A stretch of 64,000 nucleotides of DNA from an uncultured bacterium. Its GTDB lineage: Bacteria; Acidobacteriota; HRBIN11; JAKEFK01. The stretch spans positions 256,001-320,000 of the forward strand of contig CAVZQN010000003.1 of NCBI GenBank assembly GCA_963777505.1. The letters are read 5' to 3'. Position 1 is the first letter of the stretch. Every line of letters starts with the position of its first letter. Made by a program: the position numbers and the translations under genes. Shown in pieces: positions 37,183 to 47,572 of this stretch. The notes under the pieces were generated by a model. That model made no database searches. It saw only the letters and a list, made by a program, of their open reading frames with translations, and was not told where the DNA came from.

Positions 37183-39066
37183 ATGTGTGGAATATACGGT
37201 CAGCTTTCTTTTAAAAATAAGATTGGGGCTGCGGATAGAGAGGAATGTCAGCGGGCTGTTGCAATGATGCAGCGGCGCGGTCCAGATGACGAAGGTATTT
37301 GGACAGACTCGGAAGCTTGCATTTTAGGTTTCCGAAGACTTTCTATTCTTGATCTGAGTCCTGCCGGACATCAGCCGATGCTCACGCGGGATGGCAGATT
37401 TGCCCTGGTTATGAATGGTGAAATTTATAACTATAAGGAAATTGCCAAAGAATTAATAAGCAAAGGGTTCACGCCGCGTTCCACCGGCGATTCGGAAATT
37501 GTTCTCGGTGCGATTGCTGAATGGGGCGTGCAGGCGCTTGAGCGATTCCAGGGAATGTTTGCGCTTGCAGTTTATGACAAACTAGAAGGGAAACTTCTGC
37601 TCGCACGGGATCATGCTGGAATAAAACCGCTCTACTATCTACTTACCTCTAACGGGTTAGTTTTTGCATCGCAATATGATCAGATTCTGATGCATCATTG
37701 GAGCCGGACACTTCCCGTATCGACCGAAGGTCTGGGGCTTTATTTGCGGCTGGGTTACATCCCTGCGCCTTATGCGATGCTGGAGCAAACATATCTATTG
37801 GAAGCGGGTTCATGGGTTCAAATCGATCGCAAAGGAAAGATTCAGCGAGGCGTTTTTTTTGAGTTTCCCGTTTATCCCGAACCCGATCTAAAGGGTGAAG
37901 AAGCAGTTGATGCAGTCGATGAGGCGATCTCACGTGCGGTGAAACGTCATCTTGTCAGTGACGTTCCTGTTGGTACCTTTCTTTCAGGAGGAATCGATTC
38001 ACCTTTAATTGCTGCAAAAATGAAATTGGAAATGGGAGGAAGTCCTCGTGCATTCACAGTCGGTGTAACCGATCCTGACATGGATGAATCATGGGATGCG
38101 CGAGAGTACGCCCGGTTGATTGGCCTGGAACATTATTGGGAAATGGTAACACCAGACTATGGAGTATCACTCATTGAAGATGCAATTGAAGCTTGCGGTG
38201 AACCACTTGCTGATATCTCCATCATTCCCACGATGATTGTTTGTAAGCAGGCTCGTCGTCATGTGAAGGTTATGCTTTCAGGAGATGGTGGCGATGAATT
38301 GTTCTGGGGATATGATCGAGCGTTTTCAGTACTAAAAAGTACAATGGACTTCCGCGAGCCTTATTGGTTACGAAGCGCACGATGGGGCATGAAGAAGCTT
38401 TTCAATATCGGAGATGGATATTGGAATCTGCGATATCCAACGATCGGAAAATGGTTTCAAGATAAACACAGTAAACTGACAGACGGCACGCTTGAAACAA
38501 TTTTTGCGGAACCTCCAGAATGGCCTGAATCCTGCGAATTGTTTCACTATGATGGTTGGACACCAGAACGAACAGCTAATTGGGTGCGATGGAACGAATT
38601 TCGAGCCCATCTAACAATGGTTCTTATGAAAGTTGATCGCGCCAGCATGTATCATTCACTGGAAGTCCGAGTGCCATTACTTGATAAGGAAGTAATTCAA
38701 GTTGCTTTAAGAATCGATTGGCAAGACTGTCTTGATGCAGGGCAAAATACGGGGAAAATTCCTTTACGAAAAGTATTAACCCGTCATGTCAAACATCAAA
38801 GTCAAATGAAACGTGGATTTGACGTGCCACTCAATCAATGGTTAAAAGGCCCTTTGATGCCGATGCTTGAAGAAGATTTATTGCAAAGGAAAGAAATTTT
38901 AGGCATCAATTTTTTGACAGACGGTGTTCGCGCGATGGCAAAAAGACATTTCTCAGGCGAAACTGATGAAGCAGCATCTTTATGGAATCTATTAAATCTA
39001 TCGCTATGGGAACAAAAACATTACAAGCGTACGTCAAAACAATTTCTTCAAGGAGTTTTAAGCTAA
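37183..39066 (+). CDS. asnB: Asparagine synthase (glutamine-hydrolysing)-like amidotransferase
   Basis: MCGI N-terminus, RGPD, NGEIYN, LSGGIDS, SGDGGDELF and EVRVPLLD motifs. Confidence 0.93.
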   Translation: MCGIYGQLSFKNKIGAADREECQRAVAMMQRRGPDDEGIWTDSEACILGFRRLSILDLSPAGHQPMLTRDGRFALVMNGEIYNYKEIAKELISKGFTPRSTGDSEIVLGAIAEWGVQALERFQGMFALAVYDKLEGKLLLARDHAGIKPLYYLLTSNGLVFASQYDQILMHHWSRTLPVSTEGLGLYLRLGYIPAPYAMLEQTYLLEAGSWVQIDRKGKIQRGVFFEFPVYPEPDLKGEEAVDAVDEAISRAVKRHLVSDVPVGTFLSGGIDSPLIAAKMKLEMGGSPRAFTVGVTDPDMDESWDAREYARLIGLEHYWEMVTPDYGVSLIEDAIEACGEPLADISIIPTMIVCKQARRHVKVMLSGDGGDELFWGYDRAFSVLKSTMDFREPYWLRSARWGMKKLFNIGDGYWNLRYPTIGKWFQDKHSKLTDGTLETIFAEPPEWPESCELFHYDGWTPERTANWVRWNEFRAHLTMVLMKVDRASMYHSLEVRVPLLDKEVIQVALRIDWQDCLDAGQNTGKIPLRKVLTRHVKHQSQMKRGFDVPLNQWLKGPLMPMLEEDLLQRKEILGINFLTDGVRAMAKRHFSGETDEAASLWNLLNLSLWEQKHYKRTSKQFLQGVLS

Positions 39067-39201
39067 GATAATAAAAAGAACACGCAAAGACATTTTTCTT
39101 TGCAATATGAATGTTCTGAATTGTTTTTTGTTCTTGGTGGGCTAACAGTAGAAAACCGGATCTTCCGGTAAGCGTTTTTTCGACTAGATGAGGGGTGTTC
39201 A

Positions 39202-41016
39202 ATGTGTCTCGCCAGGAGCCTAATTCGTAATTCGGGCTTAATAGGGCTGCTATGCCTTTTTGCTCTGAGTGTGTTTCCATTTTCATCTGCATTCGCGATT
39301 AATCTTCCACCTGGGTTTCAAGAAGAAATTGTTTTTCAGGGGCTGACGAATCCTACAGTAATCCGGTTTGCACCCGACGGCCGTGTTTTTATCGCTGAAA
39401 AAAGCGGTCGAGTTAAAATTTTTAATGGGCTAACGGATACAACGCCCGACACGTTTGTTGATTTATCAGTAAACGTCCACAACTTTTGGGATCGTGGACT
39501 TCTTGGCATGGCTATCGATCCCGACTTTCCTGCGCGGCCTTTTATCTACGTCCTCTACTCATACGATTTCGATCCTAACTATGTAGGGCCTCAACCACCC
39601 AGATGGGGTGATACATGTCCAAACCCTCCCGGAGCAACGGGAGATGGATGTGTTGTCAATGGACGTTTATCAAAATTAGAAGTTGCCTCGAACAATACAC
39701 TTGTAGGCGCCGAACAAGTACTCCTTGAAAACAATTGGTGTCAACAATATCCGAGCCACTCAATCGGAAATCTGCAATTTGGGTCTGAAGGTGCGTTGTA
39801 TCTAAGCGCCGGTGATGGAGCCAGTTTTAGTTTTGGCGATTATGGCCAGGATGGAAATCCGTTAAACCCTTGCGGTGATCCTCCTACCGGGATTGGCGGA
39901 GTTCAAACAGTTCCAACTGCTGAAGGTGGCGCGCTCAGGAGTCAGGATTTGCAAACATCGGGTGATAGCGTAACTTTTGACGGCGCAATTCTGCGCGTCG
40001 ATCCTGATACTGGCGAAGCCTGGGCGGATAATCCACTCATCGGTGGTGACGCGCAGGATGATCGAATTATTGCATATGGTTTGAGAAATCCTTTTCGTAT
40101 TACACCACGGCCAGAAACGGATGAATTGTGGATCGGAGACGTAGGCTGGAGCACATTCGAAGAAATAAATCGAATAACAAATCCCCATGTTCTTACGAAT
40201 TTTGGCTGGCCCTGTTATGAAGGCAACGCTGCGACCGGCGGAGGTTACGCCGGTACGAATATTTGCGCTAATCTTTTTTCCGCTGGAACGGCAAAAACAC
40301 CGTTTTACGCATATCAACACAATGCCGATGTGACGCCTGGTGGCGATGGCTGCCGTCCAAATCCGCCCGGGGCAGGCACAAGTTCATCCATCTCTGGAAT
40401 TGCATTTCATACGGAAGGAACGTTTCCTGTTTCTTATCAAGGTGCAATCTTCTTTTCTGATTATTCACGCGATTGCATCTACGCTATGTTTGCCGGCGAG
40501 AATGGCGTTCCGGAACAAAATACTCGTTTTGCATTTGGTGTTGATGCAACCAACCCTGTCTATCTTGAAATAGGTCCAGGCGGTGATCTTTTTTACGCGG
40601 ACTTTGATACAGGCAGAATTCGCCGAATCAAGTTTACTGCAGCAAATAATCCACCAACCGCAGCAATTCATGCGGATCCAACTTTTGGCAATCCACCACT
40701 TTTTGTTCAATTTGACGGTTCCGATTCCACCGATCCTGACCCGGGAGCAACACTTTTTTATAATTGGGATCTTGATGGTGATGGACAGTATGACGATGCA
40801 ACTATCGTAAATCCTGTTTTCACCTATGCCGATACCGGATCTTCATACCAGGTGAGCGTAGGATTGAAGGTTACAGATGATGATGGCGGTCAGGATACAG
40901 AATCGATACTAATTACTGTTGGTAATACACCTCCTGTTGCATCGATTCGAATTGCCTCTTTCATCTTTCACGTGGAAAGTAGAAGATGCAATCGATTTCA
41001 AAGGATCGGCAAATGA
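39202..41016 (+). CDS. Glucose/sorbosone (PQQ-type) dehydrogenase-like beta-propeller plus PKD domain; 5' part of a frameshifted gene
   Basis: FAPDGRVFIAEK, DRGLLG, AYGLRNPFR, NFGWPCYEG and PKD FDGSDSTDPD motifs. Confidence 0.85.
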   Translation: MCLARSLIRNSGLIGLLCLFALSVFPFSSAFAINLPPGFQEEIVFQGLTNPTVIRFAPDGRVFIAEKSGRVKIFNGLTDTTPDTFVDLSVNVHNFWDRGLLGMAIDPDFPARPFIYVLYSYDFDPNYVGPQPPRWGDTCPNPPGATGDGCVVNGRLSKLEVASNNTLVGAEQVLLENNWCQQYPSHSIGNLQFGSEGALYLSAGDGASFSFGDYGQDGNPLNPCGDPPTGIGGVQTVPTAEGGALRSQDLQTSGDSVTFDGAILRVDPDTGEAWADNPLIGGDAQDDRIIAYGLRNPFRITPRPETDELWIGDVGWSTFEEINRITNPHVLTNFGWPCYEGNAATGGGYAGTNICANLFSAGTAKTPFYAYQHNADVTPGGDGCRPNPPGAGTSSSISGIAFHTEGTFPVSYQGAIFFSDYSRDCIYAMFAGENGVPEQNTRFAFGVDATNPVYLEIGPGGDLFYADFDTGRIRRIKFTAANNPPTAAIHADPTFGNPPLFVQFDGSDSTDPDPGATLFYNWDLDGDGQYDDATIVNPVFTYADTGSSYQVSVGLKVTDDDGGQDTESILITVGNTPPVASIRIASFIFHVESRRCNRFQRIGK

Positions 41017-43345
41017 CATTCAAGATGGAAACATGCCGGCGAGTTCAATGCATTGGGATGTCATTATTCATCACTGCCCCGGCGGAACACCCGATTGTCA
41101 TCCACATACGATTGAGAGCTTTAACGGTGTAAGTGAGGATGAATTCACAGCACCCGATCATGAATGGTATTCCTATCTTGAATTTAAGCTCACTGTTACT
41201 GATTCCGGTAATTTAACGGACCAAGAAAGTGTTTTCATTGATCCGCAGGTTGTAACCTTAAGCTACAATTCTGTGCCATCCGGTCTGTCGATTAATGTTG
41301 GCGATGTGGCTGAAAATGCGCCGTTCACACGACCAGCTATCATTGGGTCATTAAATACCATCACGGCTCCGCCTATTCAGACTCTTGGTACAGATCAATA
41401 TTTCTGGGTTTCCTGGTCCGATGGAGGCTCACAATCACACGAAGTGCTTGCCGGTGAAAATCCTGCAACTTACACTGCGAACTACTCTCTCTGTCTTTCA
41501 AGTGATGAAAGTTGCAATGGTATTGATGAAGATTGTAATGGAACAAAAGACGAAGACTATATTCCCAATGCAACAAGCTGCGGTATTGGAGCCTGCGCCA
41601 GTACAGGGTTGACATCGTGTGTTAACGGCATCGTTCAGGATGGTTGCGCGCCAGGCAACCCTGCGCCAAATGATATTACTTGCAATGGAATCGATGACAA
41701 TTGCAATGGGACGAATGATGAAAATTACATTTCGGTTGGAACGAGTTGCGGTGTCGGGGCCTGTGCAGATACAGGTGCTACATCGTGTGTGAACGGCAGC
41801 GTTCAGAACAGTTGCATACCAGGAAATCCTGCGCCAAACGATATTACCTGCAATGGAATCGATGACAACTGCAATGGGACCAATGATGAAAATTATCTTT
41901 CCGTTGGAACAAGTTGCGGCGTTGGGGCTTGTGCAGATACAGGTGCTACATCGTGTGTGAACGGCGATATTCAAGATAGTTGTACGCCTGGAAATCCTGC
42001 GCCAAACGATGCAAGTTGCAATGGAATTGATGACAACTGCAATGGAACCAATGATGAAAACTATCTTTCCGTTGGAACGAGTTGCGGCGTTGGGGCTTGT
42101 GCAGATACAGGTGCTACATCGTGTGTGAACGGCGATATTCAAAACAGTTGCACGCCAGGAAATCCTGCGCCTAGCGATGCAAGTTGCAATGGAATCGATG
42201 ACAACTGCAATGGAAGCAATGATGAAAACTACATTCCGGTTGGAACGAGTTGCGGTATCGGAGTCTGTGCAAACACAGGTGTTACAGCTTGCGTGAATGG
42301 TGGTGTTCTGGACAATTGCACGCCGGGCAACCCTGCGCCAAATGATACAACTTGCAATGGAATTGATGATGATTGCAATGGAACCAATGATGAAGATTAT
42401 CTTCCTGTTGTTACGAATTGTGGGATTGGTGCCTGCGCTGCATCAGGTTTAACAGCTTGTATAAATGGCGGAGTTCAAGATGGTTGTAGCCCCGGTGCGC
42501 CTGCTCCCAACGATTCTGTATGCAACAGCATTGACGATGATTGCGACGGACCAATAGACGAAGAAGTTCCACCTGTTACTGTTGCGCCATCAAGCCAAAC
42601 ATTCAGTGTATTTGGAGGAAGCGGAACAATCGAAGTAATAGTTCCACCAGGAGCCTGCAATTGGACCGCGATCAGTCAAGAAACCTGGATCACAATCGTT
42701 TCAGGCGGCAGCGGAAATTCAGATGGAACAATTCAATTTGATGTTGCACCCAATGCATCTGGCTCGCAGAGAAATGGAAACATAATCGTTAATTCTCAAA
42801 CTTTTGTTGTCACTCAGGATAGCAGTCAGACGCCCGTCATCTTTTTAGACGATTTCGAAGACAACGATGTTTCGAACTGGAATCAAATAAAACCGGCATG
42901 GACAGCTGTAAGTGGGAAACTCAATGGAAGCACAAACAAAATGGCATATCTCACATCGCCTGATTTTGGGAAATGCAGTGTCTGCGTTTTCGAAACGGAC
43001 ATCACGCTTGAGAATGCAGCCACACGTGCGTCACTTCTTGCCTGGCACCAGGATAAGAAGAATCTTGTTGAGTTAACACTCCTTGCCGATAAGAACAAAA
43101 TCGATCTTCGTCATAAAGTCGCAGGGAAAACGGTTCAAAGAAAGAAAATGAAGAAAACGCTTGAATTGAACCGAAGTTATCACCTGCGGGTTGTATATGA
43201 TGGAACAAAGGTTCGCGCTTACCTGGATCAAGCATTGATCCTGGAATTTAACGCATCTGTGATTCCAAACGGAAATGCGGGCTACCGAATAAAGACTGTA
43301 AATGGGCCAGCGTCTTCTAAGGCCGGCCAGCTTCTAATATATTAG
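40919..43345 (+). CDS. 3' part of the same gene: Cys-rich repeats, BACON-like domain, conserved C-terminal domain
   Basis: Frame continues the PKD-like sequence after PPVASI (ELPLSSFTWKV...FKGSAND). CNGIDDNCNG repeats. CNWTAISQETWITI...RNGNI. Confidence 0.82.
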   Translation: MVIHLLLHRFELPLSSFTWKVEDAIDFKGSANDIQDGNMPASSMHWDVIIHHCPGGTPDCHPHTIESFNGVSEDEFTAPDHEWYSYLEFKLTVTDSGNLTDQESVFIDPQVVTLSYNSVPSGLSINVGDVAENAPFTRPAIIGSLNTITAPPIQTLGTDQYFWVSWSDGGSQSHEVLAGENPATYTANYSLCLSSDESCNGIDEDCNGTKDEDYIPNATSCGIGACASTGLTSCVNGIVQDGCAPGNPAPNDITCNGIDDNCNGTNDENYISVGTSCGVGACADTGATSCVNGSVQNSCIPGNPAPNDITCNGIDDNCNGTNDENYLSVGTSCGVGACADTGATSCVNGDIQDSCTPGNPAPNDASCNGIDDNCNGTNDENYLSVGTSCGVGACADTGATSCVNGDIQNSCTPGNPAPSDASCNGIDDNCNGSNDENYIPVGTSCGIGVCANTGVTACVNGGVLDNCTPGNPAPNDTTCNGIDDDCNGTNDEDYLPVVTNCGIGACAASGLTACINGGVQDGCSPGAPAPNDSVCNSIDDDCDGPIDEEVPPVTVAPSSQTFSVFGGSGTIEVIVPPGACNWTAISQETWITIVSGGSGNSDGTIQFDVAPNASGSQRNGNIIVNSQTFVVTQDSSQTPVIFLDDFEDNDVSNWNQIKPAWTAVSGKLNGSTNKMAYLTSPDFGKCSVCVFETDITLENAATRASLLAWHQDKKNLVELTLLADKNKIDLRHKVAGKTVQRKKMKKTLELNRSYHLRVVYDGTKVRAYLDQALILEFNASVIPNGNAGYRIKTVNGPASSKAGQLLIY
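41513..42565 (+). repeat. About 6.3 tandem 168-bp (56-aa) Cys-rich repeats
   Basis: CNG(I)DD(N/D)CNG units start at 41513, 41681, 41849, 42017, 42185, 42353 and 42521 (last one partial). Confidence 0.92.
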
Positions 43346-43368
43346 TAATTTACTTTTAGCAAGGACCT

Positions 43369-44502
43369 ATGGAACCCGTAAGGATCTTATTTACGATTCC
43401 GAATTTCATTACTGCTGGTTCCGGTAGAGCTATGTTGAATATTGTAGAGAATCTCGACCGGAAGCTTTTTGCACCAGCAATTTGTGTTTTAAAAAAAGGC
43501 GGGACTCTCGATGGCGAAGTAGAAAAGCTTGGAATCCCTTTTCTGGAAGCTCCTTTCACGGTGCCTGCGAACCCGAAATGGAGTTTCTTGAGTCGGGCTG
43601 CAAAAGTTTCACGCTTTTTTCGTCCGTATCGATTTCAGTTGTGGCATTCTTTTCATTACTTAGATGATTATTCTGAGCCTGTCATTGCTTATTTTGCCGG
43701 CGCTTCATCCTGGATTTATACGAAAAAGAATATGAGCTGGTATCACAAATCCTGGTATCTCAGAACATTTCTTGCATCAAGAATCGCTGCGCAAAACCAT
43801 GATATGGTGAAGAGTTTTTTTAACCACAGATTGTTTCGGAACAAGGTCACAGTTATTCCAACCAGCGTAGATATTGATGTTTATCATCCTGATACGCCGT
43901 CGAGATTGAATCTGCGATCTTCTCTCAACATTCCCGCGAATACAGTCGTCGTAGGATGTGTGGCCCAGCTTGTGCCTGTTAAGGGTCATCCTGTGTTATT
44001 GAAAGCCATTTCTACGATACCTGATGTGCATTTGTGGATTGCGGGTGCACCTTTAGATCAGGAGTATGTCAAGACATTGCAGAATCTGGTTCAGGAACTT
44101 CAAATCGCAGACAGGGTACACTTTTTGGGCCGTGTGCAGGACATTCCTGCGTTGCTTTCTGAAATGGATATTTTTGTTTTGCCTTCCGGACTCAAAGGTG
44201 TGGGTGAAGGTTGTCCTGTGGCGTTATTAGAAGCAATGTCAGCAGCGAAAGCGTGTGTTGCAACGGATGCTTCTGGGAGTCGCGATATTCTGAAGGGTTG
44301 TTACGGCGGCTGGATCGTCCCGCCAGAAAATTCGGAAGCGCTCGCAAGCGCATTGGGTAAACTAGTGGCTTCAAAAGAACTTCGCGAAAAAATTGGCCTT
44401 GAAGCCAGGAAAAAAATTTGCGAAGAGTACAAAATTGAGCGGGAAGTCAATCAGTATGTTTCGCTCTATGATTCGGTCATTGATGGGAGACGACCCGTAT
44501 GA
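43369..44502 (+). CDS. Glycosyltransferase family 4
   Basis: PVKGH, DIFVLPS and EGCPVALLEAMS motifs. Confidence 0.92.
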   Translation: MEPVRILFTIPNFITAGSGRAMLNIVENLDRKLFAPAICVLKKGGTLDGEVEKLGIPFLEAPFTVPANPKWSFLSRAAKVSRFFRPYRFQLWHSFHYLDDYSEPVIAYFAGASSWIYTKKNMSWYHKSWYLRTFLASRIAAQNHDMVKSFFNHRLFRNKVTVIPTSVDIDVYHPDTPSRLNLRSSLNIPANTVVVGCVAQLVPVKGHPVLLKAISTIPDVHLWIAGAPLDQEYVKTLQNLVQELQIADRVHFLGRVQDIPALLSEMDIFVLPSGLKGVGEGCPVALLEAMSAAKACVATDASGSRDILKGCYGGWIVPPENSEALASALGKLVASKELREKIGLEARKKICEEYKIEREVNQYVSLYDSVIDGRRPV

Positions 44503-46307
44503 TCGGAGGTGTTACTGAAGCAGTGGAACAACGGAATGCAGATTGCAAAGACAGCAAATTTGTTGGTGACTTGCTTTTGATTTTCGGACCTGAAGGGGGC
44601 GTTCTTCACGGTCGCAATCGAACAAGTCCATCATCGATTCTTGCTCAAACGAATGAATGGTCGCTGTATTCATTCCCCACAACGCCTCACTGGAAAGGCT
44701 ATCCGTTGATGGATTTTTCATTTGGAAACTGGCAGGTGTGGCTGCTAGGTGAAATTTATGGAGTATCGGATACAGAAGAAGCACAGCGTTTAGTTAAGGA
44801 TTCGATCGAAGGGGTACGGAATTTTTCTAAACTCAACGGACACTATTTAGTCCTTGCATGGAATTCTGAAAAACTGCAATGGAATCTTTGGACAAATCGT
44901 CTAGGGACCTTGCATGCTTACAGGGCTAAAAATGCGATTGGTACTTGTTTCAATACAATCGCCAGAGTTGCAGGGAATTCCGATTTAGACATCGAAGGGA
45001 TTTTGGGCTTTTTTGCTTTTGGTTTTTTTCCACAAAATCGAACATATTGCAAAGCCATTCAAATCATTCGTCCGTCAACTCATGAAGTCTTTGATGCTTC
45101 CGGAAGAAAAATTAGTGAAAAGCGTTACTGGTCCTGGTTATTTAATCCGGACACTGCACGAAATTATGAAAACACAGTTGATGAATTCGGAAGCGTACTT
45201 CATGAGGTAATGGCTGATTTGTGCCGCGATGGAAAAATCATGATCCCGATTTCCGGCGGACTTGATTCACGCAGCACAGTTGCAGCGATTTATGAAAACA
45301 ACAACAGCACCATAGAAGATCTTCGAGCGTTCTCCTATGGTTATACGCCTCACTCTGTTGAACTAAGAATTGCACGCAGAATCGCAATGGCGAGGAATAT
45401 TCCATTTGATAGTGTTTTGATTTCGAAATACTTGTTCGAATCACTTTCTGACATCCTGGACGCGGTTGAAGGATTCCAGGATGTAACGCAGTCCCGCCAG
45501 GCATCCGTTGCTCAGCATTTGCGCGGGCACGGCGATTATGTCATTGCTGCGCATTGGGGCGACGTCTGGTTGGATGATACTGATGCAGGAGTAATGCGAA
45601 ATGATAATGAAATTCAATCAGCTGCAATGAAAAAATTCCGAAAACCCAGCCGTTGGCTTCTTGAAAATTTCAACTTTTCTCTTCCGGGGACAAAATCTAT
45701 AGATGATGTGCTTTTACAAATGATAGATGAAGAGTTATCCGGTTTGAATGGGATAGACGATTCAGAGTTCAAGCTTAAAGCTCTTAAAACCGAGCAATGG
45801 TCCTTCCGGTGGACGACCTCAAGTTTAAGAGCCTATCAACTGGGAGCTTTTCCCCGCTTGCCTTTTTATGACACAAGAATCATTGATTTCTTTTCGACAG
45901 TTCCTTCTGATTTTGTCCGTGAAAGAAGACTACAGGTAGACTATTTGAAACGATTTGCACCTGATCTGGCTCGAATTTCGTGGCAGGTTTTCGATGCAAA
46001 TCTTTATTCCTATCAGCACTATCAGACCTGGCTACTGCCAAAGCGTGTATTCAAGAAGTTGCGAAGGGTGTTCTCCTCGCGTCCGGAAATACACAGGAAC
46101 TGGGAAGCACAGTTTCTGCATGACGAAGGTCGTACAGCATTAAGGCATTATCTGAGTAGCGGACCTGGTTCAAACATTGAAGAATTTTTTCCAACCGCAA
46201 AAATTCAGAGCCTACTAGATGAACTATTTGTTTCCCCGTCTCCCGAAAATGGTTATGTAGTTGCGATGCTATTAACATTCGCTGCATGGTTGGGGAAGGA
46301 TGCCTGA
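44499..46307 (+). CDS. Asparagine-synthase-related protein lacking the N-terminal Cys
   Basis: ISGGLDSR PP-loop, GEIY, RLG and RLPFYD motifs. No MCG start. Confidence 0.75.
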   Translation: MIGGVTEAVEQRNADCKDSKFVGDLLLIFGPEGGVLHGRNRTSPSSILAQTNEWSLYSFPTTPHWKGYPLMDFSFGNWQVWLLGEIYGVSDTEEAQRLVKDSIEGVRNFSKLNGHYLVLAWNSEKLQWNLWTNRLGTLHAYRAKNAIGTCFNTIARVAGNSDLDIEGILGFFAFGFFPQNRTYCKAIQIIRPSTHEVFDASGRKISEKRYWSWLFNPDTARNYENTVDEFGSVLHEVMADLCRDGKIMIPISGGLDSRSTVAAIYENNNSTIEDLRAFSYGYTPHSVELRIARRIAMARNIPFDSVLISKYLFESLSDILDAVEGFQDVTQSRQASVAQHLRGHGDYVIAAHWGDVWLDDTDAGVMRNDNEIQSAAMKKFRKPSRWLLENFNFSLPGTKSIDDVLLQMIDEELSGLNGIDDSEFKLKALKTEQWSFRWTTSSLRAYQLGAFPRLPFYDTRIIDFFSTVPSDFVRERRLQVDYLKRFAPDLARISWQVFDANLYSYQHYQTWLLPKRVFKKLRRVFSSRPEIHRNWEAQFLHDEGRTALRHYLSSGPGSNIEEFFPTAKIQSLLDELFVSPSPENGYVVAMLLTFAAWLGKDA

Positions 46308-47571
46308 AGCCATCGGAGAATTTTCATCAACGGATATCAAGAGCATTCCTGCTGTGAAAACGCACGTAAACAAACCTTCAATGATCGTAATTGGTGCAAA
46401 TTGGCCTATGGAAACGTTCCTATATCGCTTGTTATCAGGACTCGCTGATGCAGGTTTTTCTATAACCATAACAACTGCTCAACGGCCTGATTCAAGTTCC
46501 TTTTCTAAATTTAATTGGTTCAAGTTGCCCGGGACTGAGAAAAATTCAGTAACAAGATTGCTTCGGTTTTTTATTAATTTATTACGCTCAAAAATACTCT
46601 TCAGAAAAGATTACAACCGGTTGAAATCATCGTTTGAAGGTAATTCGTGGCGTGAAACTGCATATGAACTGCATCGATTTCTGCCGTTCGCTGGAAGGCG
46701 GTGGGATCTTGTTTATTTCCCCTGGAATGCGACCGCTATTTCGTTTCTTCCGCTTTTTAATCTTGGTATCCCCGTAATTGTGAGTTGTAGAGGCTCACAT
46801 GTCACGGTGACACCTCATAATCCCAAGAAGCCATACATGCGAACTGAATTAAAAAGAACATTTCAACTTGCATCAGCCGTCCACTGTGTATCGGATGTGA
46901 CTTTAAATGAAGCAAAGAAATATGGCCTGGATGCGGAAAAATCCCGGGTCATTCGTCCTGCAATTGATCCTGACTTTTTTACCGCTATAGACGACAAAAA
47001 TTCTGATACCCTATTGCTAAGGATTATCTCTATCGGCAGCTTGATTTGGAGGAAGGGATACACAGACGCGTTGATTGCAATCCGTAGACTTGTGGACAAA
47101 GGTATATCGATACAATATGAAATCATCGGTGACGGAGAAGATTACCAAGCGATTTTATTTTCTATACAGGATATGGAACTGCAAGATTATGTAACGCTTC
47201 ACGGCAAGTTGTCGGCCGAAGAAATTAGAGACAGATTGCAAAGATCGGATGTATTTCTTTTGACAAGTTTATCCGAAGGAATTTCAAACGCTGCACTTGA
47301 AGCTATGTCTTGTGGTTTGCCAGTTGTAACAACTGAAAGTGGCGGGATGCGAGAAGCCGTTACTGATGGGGTAGAAGGTTTGGTCGTACCTATAATGGAT
47401 CCGGATGCCGTTGCAAATGCATTGGAAACATTAAGAAGCGATCCGGAGCTTCGAAAGAAAATGGGAGATGCTGCCAGGTTAAGAATATTAAGAGACTTTA
47501 CTTTGGCGCAGCAAATAAATCAATTTCAAGAATTATGCCTTGAAGTTGTTAACAGGAACAAAGATCAGTAA
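46300..47571 (+). CDS. Glycosyltransferase family 4 (WcaL-like)
   Basis: RKGY and SEGISNAALEAMSCGLPVV motifs. Confidence 0.92.
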   Translation: MPEAIGEFSSTDIKSIPAVKTHVNKPSMIVIGANWPMETFLYRLLSGLADAGFSITITTAQRPDSSSFSKFNWFKLPGTEKNSVTRLLRFFINLLRSKILFRKDYNRLKSSFEGNSWRETAYELHRFLPFAGRRWDLVYFPWNATAISFLPLFNLGIPVIVSCRGSHVTVTPHNPKKPYMRTELKRTFQLASAVHCVSDVTLNEAKKYGLDAEKSRVIRPAIDPDFFTAIDDKNSDTLLLRIISIGSLIWRKGYTDALIAIRRLVDKGISIQYEIIGDGEDYQAILFSIQDMELQDYVTLHGKLSAEEIRDRLQRSDVFLLTSLSEGISNAALEAMSCGLPVVTTESGGMREAVTDGVEGLVVPIMDPDAVANALETLRSDPELRKKMGDAARLRILRDFTLAQQINQFQELCLEVVNRNKDQ

Positions 47572-47572
47572 C

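Noticed and set aside
41498-42142. 214-aa antisense ORF with repeats
   Set aside because: It is a shadow of the 168-bp coding repeats on the plus strand.
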